A DNA stretch of 64,000 bases from Eledone cirrhosa (taxonomy: Eukaryota). The stretch spans positions 60,574,001-60,638,000 of the forward strand of contig OZ024740.1 of assembly GCA_964016885.1 (NCBI GenBank), in the 5' to 3' direction. The notes under the pieces are model-generated. The model saw only the letters and a program-made list of their open reading frames with translations, did not search any database and was not told the DNA's origin. Shown here one piece after another: positions 15,690-26,838 of this stretch (the first letter of the stretch is position 1; each line of letters begins with the position of its first letter). Both the position numbers and the translations under genes were made by a program.

Positions 15690-16145
15690 CTAACACTTGT
15701 GTGAAATGGAAATAGAAGTGCTTTCAGCGCAACGGACATTAATCTTTCATCAGGAAAGAGAAGTAAGGAGAAAGGAAAGTTTGGTCATCAGGAGAGCTAA
15801 AGTGGACATGTGTGTATGGGTGTATGCAGTCCTGCATGAATGTACGTATGCAGTTGTGGTGACAGAACGTCCAGGTCTATCAGTGGTGTTGGTATGTGGC
15901 CGGTTGAAGTGCATTCTGTGAGCGCGTCTCTGTTCCGGGTATGTAGCTCTTTGTGTCATTTTTATTTATTTGCGTATGAGTTCCTTGTAGTTTCTTTGTA
16001 AATGTTCCCAAATACATTATCAACGTTTCTAGACCTTCATCGTTCTTCGGATGTTTTTCGATGAAAATTTTAACTGCATGGAATCAAGGACCAATTTATC
16101 CAAGTGGAAGAGTAGATGTTTTTCTTCGAATGTAGGACTTACTAC
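15690..16145 (-). mobile_element. Penelope-like 3' end plus pLTR with degenerate hammerhead
   Basis: Minus strand FEEKHLLFHLDKLV resembles a GIY-YIG C-terminus. Downstream ctttc-CTGATGA...TGTCC-gttg-cgct-GAAAG matches the family at 388-416. Confidence 0.5.
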
Positions 16146-17160
16146 ATAGTTATTTAACCTGAATAACTATGAAAATGTTGGATAATTTGGTCTTTGTTTT
16201 CTTGCACATAGGAAAAAGATGTCTTTGATCACAGGTATGTCCAATCTGAACTGACCTGAAACTAAACAACAATAACAACAAGTCACAGAGGGTGCCTTTT
16301 TCATAGTAACTCGATCTCCTAGAATTAGCAGCCAAATAAGTCTGAAATCACAGCCTACATTCTTGAAAAGGAAAGACTACATTAAAGAACAGTTGTTCTA
16401 GAATACCACTAAACGGATAAAATAGGCACCACTGGAATACCTTTGATCAGAGGTCTGTCCAAACCACGATTGATCTGGGGTTCTTGAACAGCAACAACAA
16501 CAAAAATGTAAATATAATGTAATTATGAACTGAATCAAATTGGTTATAATAATTCATCACACGGATTAACTTGAGAGCCTCTATGTAGTTATATGGTATG
16601 ACCAGCTAGAAATAGCAGCCAAATTTCTCGAGAATCACACCCCTCCAACTCAGGATCAATAAGAGAAGATCTATGTGGCTGTTTGCTCTGCTAAAAATAG
16701 CAATCAAATTACAGTGGTACAAAAAGTACACAATAACTTGAAAAAAGATAGCTTGGTCATAACTCTAATGTAAAAACCTTTGATCCTAAGCCCGCTCGGT
16801 TAGAGTTGAACTGGGGCTAAATAAGCAACTACATATATCGATCAAAGAAGATCTAAAATCAAAAATACTTTACGGGATCCCTATGCTACAAATAACAATC
16901 AAATTTCCCTCAAACAACACGATACTGTACTCGTTGAACTGCTTATCATTGTATTTACAGAGTATTCATGAATATGTTACTGATAAAGTAGCGATATATA
17001 TATAGTACTCATTGGCATTCACAGGTGTCTTAGTATTCATGTAACTATATTGTTATACAATAGTAACATGTATCACAGTAGCTATATAGATATCCAACAA
17101 TATTGACATTTAACCATACTATTCTAAGGTGTGTTCAGCTCCCTCACCCACCCCTCCCCT

Positions 17161-17194
<34 letters not shown>

Positions 17195-17437
17195 GTATCT
17201 CTCCATCTCATATACATTTATACGTGTGAATGTGTGTACACAAACACACACATATTTATCGATATATTTACCCACAAACTCATGTATATATAGATAGATA
17301 GATATGTATATATATATATACATATATGTATATATACATATACATATATATCCATATACATGTACATAGATCTACACATAATATCCTATACATTACTTAA
17401 TGTATGAACTATAATACATTAGATTATTATTATTATT

Positions 17438-17496
<59 letters not shown>

Positions 17497-17498
<2 letters not shown>

Positions 17499-17720
17499 GA
17501 ATGAGTGTGTGGTTGAGTTTGATTCCCGGACTGAGTGGTGAGTTGTGTCCTTGAACAAGACACTTTATTTCACGTTGCTTCAGTTCACTCAGCTGGAAAA
17601 ATGAGTAGCGATGTCACTGGTGCCAAGCTGTATCGGCCTTTCCCTTTCCTTTGTACAACATTGATGACGTGTAGAGTGGAGATTAGCATGCATGGGTGAC
17701 TGCTAGTCTTCCATAAAAAC
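17497..17720 (+). mobile_element. SINE, third family
   Basis: B-box-like GAGTTTGATTCC and core GTCCTTGAACAAGACACTTTATTTCACGTTGCT. Related at 23960-24100(-), 24300-24375 and 49620-49750(-). Confidence 0.55.
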
Positions 17721-18352
17721 ACATAGTTTACTCCGCCGTGAAATTTGGATGTTACCATGAACGTAGGAGTGGGCCTTAGCTCCGGTTAAACATTTTCCGC
17801 AGACTCATAATGCAGCACACTTCTCAAGAACCATAAATATGGTCAGATATTCTTGCTTGCATAGCAATGTTTCCCATTTTAAACACGACATCCAAACTCA
17901 CACGACCACAACCTCATGTTAACAATCAACATGTAACTATTGAAATCTAACTAGGTCGCACACAGGTATTTCTTTACAAGACTGTAATATATCGAGTGTC
18001 TATAACACTCCCAGACGATGTCGAAACATTTCTACTACAAATACCTAACAGCTATTTAGGTTTAGAAACATGTATTTCTCTGACACAACTCTGATGCCAC
18101 TCGGGATCTGATTTTGTCTCTCACACTCTGCTTTCTCGATATCAATGACCTACCAGCCGCCAGGTGCTTATGATGTCACTCTTCCACATACATTCAATAT
18201 TGACATCTCGAGCCATCTCTACGTTGTATCCATAAACAGACACCTCCCAATGAGGTCTTGCCAATTTCATCTCTTTCAACAACAAGAAAAAAAGAGAGAA
18301 ACATGAGCACTGCTGGTGTGAAGGAAACCTCGTCGCAACTCACTCTCCTTAA

Positions 18353-18546
18353 TAGATCTGTCAACTATCCCAGTCCGATAGGGGAGATCTCCCACCCACT
18401 TTGGTGTGGATGAGAGATGTCTTTTCTTGTGAAAATGGGTATAGCTTTCATTATGTCAAATCTCACCATTTTGCCCCATTTCTCCCCGTTTTGAGTCACT
18501 TTTTTCATAGTACTCCCCGTTTGGGCTTTAGAGTTTGGCAGGTTTA
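18353..18546. mobile_element. hAT-like MITE with 6-bp TSD, copy 1
   Basis: Ends TAGATCTGTCAACT...GGCAGGTTTA, flanked on both sides by CCTTAA; homologous to 22886-23079. Confidence 0.7.
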
Positions 18547-19861
18547 CCTTAAGCATAAGCAGTATGCAACTAGACCCCCACGATCCCTCCAAATGCAAGG
18601 CACCACAATAGCTGGACTTCTTGGCTCTATCATTTAACTGAAATGATAATGATGCGTCAAGGAGTCATAAGAATAATGCTGTAACTGTATTAAACTTGCT
18701 TGACTGATAATGTTCATATTTTATTTCATGCGTGTCGTGTTGAATTTTGGTTAGTATTTTGGAACTGGCGAAGCCTGATTTAGGCACAAGGCCAAGAATT
18801 TGGGAAGAGACGAAGGTTGAGGAAATCGCTTCCAGTACATTACTGGTGCTTTATTTTATTGACCCTGTAAGGATGAAAGGTAAAGCTAACCTCGGCGGGA
18901 CTTGAACTCAGACCGTAAATGGCCGTAACTCTATGCTGCAAAAATAATAATAATCAGTTTTGAAGAGGCAGATGACTCTTATTTAACTAGTTACAATAAC
19001 AAGATCCAGTATGGCTCCCTCGCCAGCCAACCCCCACTAATGGAGTTGTAACAATTTTGAAGGAGAAGACATTTAAATCAATCAGTGGAGTCTTGATTAT
19101 AAAAGGGTATATTTAACTAGCAGAGTCGCAATATAACCGTCGAAGAATTAAATTATAACCTTGTAATCTATAGCCTCTAATAAGGTGTCATTTTAAGGAG
19201 TTCAACGACAACGTGCATCAACCTATTTTGCAAACATAGTTATTATCATTGTTGTGTTGTCTAGAAATTGGTCTTTGGAAGTGCTTCGACTACATCGCCG
19301 GCATTACCGTTTATTAATTCCACTCTTCCCCCGGGCTCTTCATTTAACAGCCTCATCGAAGTTAAAAGCGGGGTTTTATCTAATTATTCCTTTCTTTTTA
19401 CTCATACCCAAATATTATGGACGTCAAGGGTACAAGGTCAGTAATTTCGGGAGGAGTGGTATTATCGATTATATCGATAATGTGACTCAAATGCTACATA
19501 TTTTATCGATTTCAGAATGATGAAAGTCGACTTCGGTGTGATTTGAATTTAGAACGTAAAGAGATATGTAACTAAATACCGCAAAGCATTGTGTTTGCCA
19601 CTTCATTAACGAATCTGGCAATCTGCTGTCCTCACAATACCGGGGTGTGTGTGTATATATGTATATATATAGAGAGATAGATATATATATACACATGCAT
19701 TTATATATACAGGGTGTCCTAAAAATTATATACATACTTTGATTAGAATGCTGTTGAAGTGTGTATACATTTTGGAGGGACATCCTCTGTGTGTGTGTGT
19801 GTATGTATATATATATATATATATATATGTATATGAGCACACACACACTCACACACACATA

Positions 19862-19900
<39 letters not shown>

Positions 19901-19985
19901 CTTTGTCTCTGTCTGTCTGTCTTTTCCTTATGCATTTCCAAACAGCTCGACCAAATCAAATCAAACTTTTACAAGTTAGTATATA

Positions 19986-20577
19986 TATGAATAAAGTGGT
20001 CCTTCATCAGTGATCTTCCAACCATCATTGGTATTTCATCGCTTTAAAGACCATATACCTCCGGTTGGTGCGAGCAACGGCTAAAAAAAGTCGTTGGGAC
20101 ACGTAAATAAAGGGGACACGAGTGTAAACAAACAAAGATGGTGAAGCAACGAAAAGTGAGGAAGAAGGAGTCAAGTCCCAAATTTTTATGAATTTAAATT
20201 CGGTGAAATCGTGAACGAGAGAGAATAAAGACCATCAAACCTGGTTGAAATGTGAGCAAGGAAGGAATTTCCTCCCGTTAGACCTGTGCGAAATTCCTTC
20301 CTTGCTCACATTTCAACCAGGTTTGATGGTCTTTATTCTCTCTCGTTCACGATTTCACCGAATTTAAATTCATAGAAATTTGGGACTTGACTTCTTCTTC
20401 CTCATTTTTCGTTGCTTCACCATTTTTGTTTGTTTACACTCGTGTCCCCTTTATTTACGTGTCCCAACGACTTTTTTTAGCCGTTGCTCGCACCAACCGG
20501 AGGTATATGGTCTTTAAAGAGATGAAATACCAATGATGGTTGGAAGATCACTGATGAAAGACTAACTTTATTCATAT
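19986..20577. repeat. Long near-perfect palindrome (~286-bp arms, ~18-nt spacer)
   Basis: 19986-20271 is the reverse complement of 20290-20577 with few mismatches. The outer ends belong to the same family as 11384-11478 and 20924-21050. Confidence 0.95.
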
Positions 20578-20616
20578 GTAACCCATTAGCAACCCCCGCA
20601 GCACGTTTATTCTCAT

Positions 20617-20694
<78 letters not shown>

Positions 20695-20725
20695 AAGCAG
20701 TGTAACGCGGAGTTACTGTATATAT

Positions 20726-20888
20726 AGGAAAAGAGTCAGGACCCCGACGGCTGAGCTCCCGCCGTTTCGACAGCTAGATCTGAACTAGTTCGGATTCTGA
20801 CTCTTTTTCTATTACCCACTCTACTACCCTAAGTATCGAGTACTCTGGTGCGTGATGGTCCAACTGGTATCTTACCACACCTTCTTTG

Positions 20889-20890
<2 letters not shown>
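20726..20890 (+). mobile_element. Fold-back terminal fragment of the GUC-hammerhead family
   Basis: Inverted hammerhead 3' half joined to the shared tail ATTACCCACTCTACTACCCTAAGTATCGAGTACTC; TA-flanked. Confidence 0.65.
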
Positions 20891-20923
<33 letters not shown>

Positions 20924-20928
<5 letters not shown>

Positions 20929-21503
20929 AACAAGGGGAAGAAGAATACTGCATGGTTGCACATGGATTACATATTATAAAATTAGTCCCTCATCAGTGAT
21001 TTTGCCAACCATCATTGGTATTTCATCGCATTAAAAATCAGATACCTCAGGTTGGTGCAGACAATAACTAAAATAAGCTATTGGGACAAGTGAAACGCGT
21101 AAAGCGAGTGAGACAAGTAAACAACAGAAGGAAAAGCAAACCGAAGGTTGGAAAACAGCAAGCCACATGGTAGTTATCCGATCAGCATAAGCTGGGTGAA
21201 TTTCATGATCGGTCAGAGAAGCAGACCGTACGCTGTGAATGCGGTGTGAGAAAGAAGGAACCCCACTAGTAGCGAACGGGAGGAAGTGAGAAGGGGAGAA
21301 ACAGAGAGTGAGTGAGTGGAAGTGCGAGGAAGAGGTCAGTCGAGAGAAAAAGTGTAACTGACAGAGAGGGTGAAAGAAGGTAAGAGAAACAGAGAGAACG
21401 GGGGAGCAGTAAGAGAGAAAGAGAGAAACAGATAATCGCAGTTTAGGTAAATATATATGAAAAACAAGGGGAAGAAGAATACTGCATGGTTGCACATGGA
21501 TTA
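20924..21503 (-). mobile_element. Short retroelement-like unit (~534 bp) with a 46-bp direct repeat of its end
   Basis: 20924-20969 is repeated at 21458-21503, each preceded by (TA)n. Confidence 0.55.
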
Positions 21504-21818
21504 GAGAAAGAGAGAGAGAGAGACGTATAATTTCACGAACCTCTGTGGTCCACTGACTAGTTTACTGCTGTTTTATGTTGTTTATCTAAACTTTGGCCTT
21601 AATTGATTAAAGGCATTCCAGCTGTGATCACTGTCTGACGATATTATCTAATATTCTTTTCCATGGCCATACTTTCCATTCTTCATGTTTAACACAGTAA
21701 ATATAAGATTCAAATCTATTAGAGGTAAATGTTGAGCGATTATTGAAATACTTAAACCAAACACAACTTGCTACGATATTACCACTTTTAGCACTAAAAC
21801 CCTGTCTTTACTTTAGGA

Positions 21819-22122
21819 CAGGGGTGTGCAATATATTCCATTGGCAGGCCACTTTTGAACATTGGAACAACTATTAGGGACATTAATATTTATTAAACAC
21901 TATTCCAAAGGTTCACCACAACATCTTTCCCTAACATGGAACTGGGAAATTATAACCCTATCAGTGAAGCCCTTTAGTATAGGTCAACTAACAGAAAATT
22001 GTATTACGGTTACGAAAAAAATTCTAAATAAGCCTACAAGGTAAAAATTAAAAACGGTCATCGCGGGCCACTAGTCTGGTGGGCCGGATTGTGGCCCGCG
22101 GGCCACCTGTTGCACACCCCTG
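21819..22122. mobile_element. hAT MITE (304 bp)
   Basis: TIR CAGGGGTGTGCAA/TTGCACACCCCTG, perfect 8-bp TSD CTTTAGGA, and GGCCCGCGGGCC subterminal motifs. Confidence 0.92.
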
Positions 22123-22262
22123 CTTTAGGACATCAAATAAATTTTAAACTTGCAAGATGAAAAGTTTTATATCCTCCTCCTCCCATATGTTCAAATATCA
22201 TTCCACTCCTCGCATTATGTTGTTACTATTTCCTACTTCTCTTCGCACCGGTTGCCGTGTAG

Positions 22263-22345
22263 ACGTCAGACGTGGACCCCGTACTGCCGAGCTTCACCGC
22301 AAGATCAGAACGTCATCAGCCCGGCTGAGGAAGAAGCCCCACGAG
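22263..22345 (+). CDS. Candidate isolated host exon (83 bp; DVRRGPRTAELHRKIRTSSARLRKKPHE)
   Basis: GC/CpG-rich non-repetitive island, pyrimidine-rich upstream sequence, TAG acceptor at 22260-22262, GAG|GTAGGG donor, open frame. Product not recognised. Confidence 0.4.
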
Positions 22346-22885
22346 GTAGGGTGGCTGTTGCAGCGGGTGTCGCAGAAATTCTTTTGCAGTCTTGTCCCTC
22401 AGCCTAAAGCCCATCACCCTCTCTCTTCTCCCCCCCCCCCATTCTTCTGTGACCCTAGAGCACTTTCCCTTCCCTTTATTTTCCGTTTTTAAACATTTGT
22501 AGTGTCGTCGTTATTTGAAATAGATTTGTTTACGATTTCCTATTGAATTTTATAGCACCTAAAGGTTTTGAGGGTAGGCTGCAGAACGAGAACACTTCCA
22601 ATATCTACAAGTCGCATTCCATCGTCAAATTTCTGTACCTCTTCAAATTTAGTTGAAATATTACACTTTTACCCTTGTTACTTTCTCTCTTATTTTTTAT
22701 GTATCTTATGTTATGCTTAAAGAACGCAACGGTGCAGAGTGCACGTTATCCCGTCATTACAACGTGGATAACTCAAGGAATAGATATTTACAAAGCGAAA
22801 ACTGTAAGGAAAATCTTTCCAGGAGAAAGGCTGAAACGGAGACGTTTTGAGTTAAGTAGATCTAAGAAATTAAAGTTATGTATTA

Positions 22886-23079
22886 CAGACCTGTCAACTG
22901 TCCCCGTCCAACGGGAAGATCTCCCACCCACTTTAGGGTGGGTGAGAGATGTCTTCTCTTGTGAATATGGGTATAGCTTTAATTATGTAAAATCTCCCAA
23001 TTTTGCCTCCTTTCTCCCCGTTTTGGGGCAGGTTTTTCATGGTACACGCCATTTGGGTTTTTAGAAGTTGGCAGGTCTG
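22886..23079. mobile_element. hAT-like MITE with 6-bp TSD, copy 2
   Basis: TIR CAGACCTGTCAACT/AGTTGGCAGGTCTG, flanked on both sides by GTATTA. Confidence 0.75.
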
Positions 23080-24464
23080 GTATTAGAATTTTTTAAGTAG
23101 ATTAATATAATTAAAAAATGCTCTTCTTTGAAGTGTAGTAATTTCTATTTGTTAAATACAATTTCGTTCATTACTTGTTGTTTATTTTATATTTTACGTA
23201 TTGTCGTAACTTAAAGGAGTTACATCTCTACGAAGTAGACGGTCGATACATGAACTTGAATTATTAATATCTTTATTCATTAATTTTCTTTTCATTGTAC
23301 TGATTTTAAAATCGTGACTCGATACAAAAGAAAAAAGAAAACAAAATTAAAATCCAACAAAAACTCAGCATGAGAGGTAGCATGCAAACTTCATTGACTT
23401 GTAATATTTCCCAAAATATATTCAATGAAATAATACAAAATAATAATACATAACAAACTATGTCTCAAATAACAGACAGTCAAACTCGGCAAATTACTGT
23501 ACAAATAACACAAAAACAAAGACACACTAATGCAAACTTGTCCATGCTAATAAATGCTTTAACATTACATCATGGCTCTTTACATTCTGAGTTCAAATCC
23601 CGCCTTTCATCCTTACGGGGTCGATAAAATAAAGTACCAGTAATACACTGGAATAATTGCTGGTCTTGTGCCAAAAAGTAGAAACAATTATTACAACAGA
23701 TATTAAGATTTAGTCGACTTAATGAATTTATTATATAGATAATTATTGTTATCTATCATCAGCCGAATTCACGAAGTTCCATATTTCTATAACATGTTTA
23801 GTAAAAAAAGCAATGAGAACAAGGATGGTACATTTGTATTTTTTTACAATGACCAATGGATAATTGTAACATCGACAGTCGATCAACTTTCGTCAAATTG
23901 GACCGAGGAAACAATGTTTCCATTGATCTTTCCAATTGCTAATACTATCTATCAGTCGGAACACCAGGTAGAAGGAGCAACGTGAAAAAGATAAAGTGTC
24001 TTGCTCAAGGACATAACGCATCACCTGGTCCAAGAATCGAACTCACAACCTCCCGATTGCGAATCCAATTCTCTAACTACTCAGCAACGAGCCTTCACAT
24101 TGTAGAATAATTTATAATTTGTGCATATTAACTGAAGGAGCGCGTAAAACATGTATCAGTAATTTAAAGAGCCAGTCTTGTTACACGCTGTCATGCTGAA
24201 TCTCCCCGAGAACTATGTTAAACGGGCTCTGCCTATGGAATGCACAGCCACTTGCACATTAATTTTACGAGCTGGCTATTTTGTAATCCGAAAAACTGGA
24301 ACACTCGATTCCTGGACCAGGCGATGCGTTATGTCCTTGAGCAAGACACTTTATTTCACGTTGCTCATTCTACCTGGAGTTGCGACCGATAGATAGTATT
24401 AGCAATTGGAAAGACCATCGGAAACATTGTTTCCTCGGTCCGATTTGACGAAAGTCGATCGTTC

Positions 24465-24545
<81 letters not shown>

Positions 24546-24562
24546 TTCGGATATATATATAT

Positions 24563-24710
24563 ATGAGTTCGGATCTAACTGTCGAAACGACTGGAGCTCA
24601 GCCGTCGGGGTCCTGACTCTTTTTCTCTTTTCCTATTTCTCACTCTACTACCCCAAGTATCGAGTACTCTGGTGTGTTATGGTTCACCTGGTTTCTTACC
24701 ACACTTTCTT

Positions 24711-24715
<5 letters not shown>
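24563..24715 (+). mobile_element. Terminal fragment of the GUC-hammerhead family (not inverted)
   Basis: TTCGGATCTAACTGTC-GAAA-CGAC...GCCG-TC-GGGGTCC plus the shared tail, embedded in (TA)n. Confidence 0.65.
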
Positions 24716-24778
<63 letters not shown>

Positions 24779-24924
24779 ATACATATGTGTATATATACAT
24801 ATACATATGTGTGTGTGTGTATATATATATATACACGAGGTGTGTCAGAAAAGTTCCAGGACTGATGTCACAAAAGATTTATTTCAAACCCAAACTTCAC
24901 ACTAAGAGTTTTCTCCTTCAAAGT

Positions 24925-25073
24925 CTGGAGTCTAATGCACTTTGCCATCAGTCCTGGAGTCTGGAGTCTAATGCACTTTTCCATCAGTCCTGGAGTCTAA
25001 TGCACTTTTCCATCAGTCCTGGAGTCTAATGCACTTTTCCATCAGTCCTGGAGTATAATGCACTTTTCCATCA
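24925..25073. repeat. 29-bp tandem repeat (~5 units) at the mariner 3' end
   Basis: Unit CTGGAGTCTAATGCACTTTTCCATCAGTC starts at 24925, 24961, 24990, 25019 and 25048. Confidence 0.9.
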
Positions 25074-25673
25074 TTTTCTGCCACGCTTGCATGCACTCCT
25101 GGGAGGATTCTTCCGGGATCCTCCGCAGTTCCGTCGTCACGGCCTTTTTTATGTCGTCCACGTCTTCAAAACGGGTCCCCTCCGGGTCGTACTCGAAGAT
25201 CCATGACTCATCATCGGTGATGATTGTCCCTAGCAAGTCTGGTTCGGTTTCAAGACGCTCGAGAATGTCCTGGCACACTTGCATGCGTCGACCCTTCTGA
25301 TCATCGTTCAGCAGTTTTGGCACCATCTTCGCGCAGAACTTCCGCATGTCCAAATCTTCAGTGAGAATCTTCCAGACGCTGTCCCGATTCATGCCCAGCT
25401 CATTTGCCATCAGTCGAAAAGTCAGCCGACGATCGCTACGCACCATCTGCCTGACGCGCTCAACGTTGACCTCAGTCCTGGTTGTTGAGGGCCTTCCGCT
25501 CCTGGGGTCATCTTGCACCACTCAAAAACACGTGAGCGTGACATCGTCTCATCTCCATACACTTGCTGCAGCAATCCCAGAGCTTCTGACGGAGTTTTCC
25601 CCAACCGTACCAGAAACTTCAAGTTTGTTCGTTGCTCTGTGCTCACTGCTTGATGACCTGAAACAGAGGACAT
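25042..25673 (-). pseudogene. Mariner transposase pseudogene
   Basis: EQRTNLKFLVRLGKT, DDPRSGRPST, CAKMVPKLL and ITDDESWIFEYDPE, then a jump to GTRFEDVDDIK. Frameshifted; the second and third catalytic Asp regions are deleted. Confidence 0.9.
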
Positions 25674-26120
25674 GTATATAAAATTATGAAGAAAAAATTT
25701 GATCGCTGCACAGAGCTAAGATTACAGTTACATACTCCAGGGGGATTACTTTGAAGGAGAAAACTCTTAGTGTGAAGTTTGGGTTTGAAATAAATCTTGT
25801 GTGACATCAGTTCTGGAACTTTTCTGACACATCTCGTATGTATATATGTATATATATATAGTTTCAAAACAAGCCGGCATGGCTAATTCTTTAGAATAAG
25901 AATTCGAAATATGCATATATAGCAAGTTATTTTATCGACCCCGTAAGGATGAAAGGCAAAGTTAACGTTGGCGGGATTTGAACTCAGACCGTAAATGGAC
26001 GTAACTCTATGCTGCAAAGCATGGTGTTTGACGCTCTACCGATTCTGCCAAAATACTAATAAGTCTTATGACTGGAAACAGGACAGGATATGACGCAGGC
26101 AAGTTGTACAAGTGGAAATA

Positions 26121-26191
<71 letters not shown>

Positions 26192-26196
<5 letters not shown>

Positions 26197-26558
26197 TAAT
26201 AAAAGGAATTCCAACTTTGTCTGATTTACTCGTTTTATTTACAATCCTTTAAAATTATAATGATATAATAATGAAATAATGTTAAGTGTTAATTGAACAA
26301 GTACTTTTATGCTTTCGCAATCTTCAGGTGCATATTCAGTGGTGACAGTCAAATTTGAAATTTTCAACTGTGTTGAAAATTGCAAACTTGACTGTCACCA
26401 CTGAATATGCACCTGAAGATTGCGAAAGCATAAAAGTACTTGTTCAATTAACACTTAACATTATTCCATACTATTTCATTATAATATCATTATAATTTTA
26501 AAGGATTGTAAATAAAACGAGTAAATCAGACAAAGTTGGAATTCCTTTTATTAATATA
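26192..26558. repeat. Long near-perfect palindrome (~180-bp arms, 3-nt loop) with degenerate hammerhead in each arm
   Basis: Centre TTTTCAAC-tgt-GTTGAAAA at 26361-26379. CTGAAGA-t-TGC-gaaa-GCA-t-AAAA-GTAC-TT at 26413-26441. Confidence 0.92.
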
Positions 26559-26590
26559 ATTTTCTATACACAATCATACACACCCGTGTA

Positions 26591-26631
<41 letters not shown>

Positions 26632-26701
26632 ATGTGTGTTTGTGTGTGAATGTATGGTATTTATATTTCCACTTGTACAACTTGCCTGTTTCCAGTCATA
26701 A

Positions 26702-26743
<42 letters not shown>

Positions 26744-26838
26744 TAGAGAATCGATTTGTGGTCTTTCCGGTTTTTGTACCGTAAATATTCAATATATATA
26801 TGCGTGTGTGTGTGCGCGCGCGTATAGATAGATAGATA

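Larger units (their letters stand above)
24834..25838 (-). mobile_element. Internally deleted mariner DNA transposon
   Basis: ~91-bp TIRs (24834-24924 and 25748-25838), TA target on the left (TG on the right), transposase remnants on the minus strand. Confidence 0.92.
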
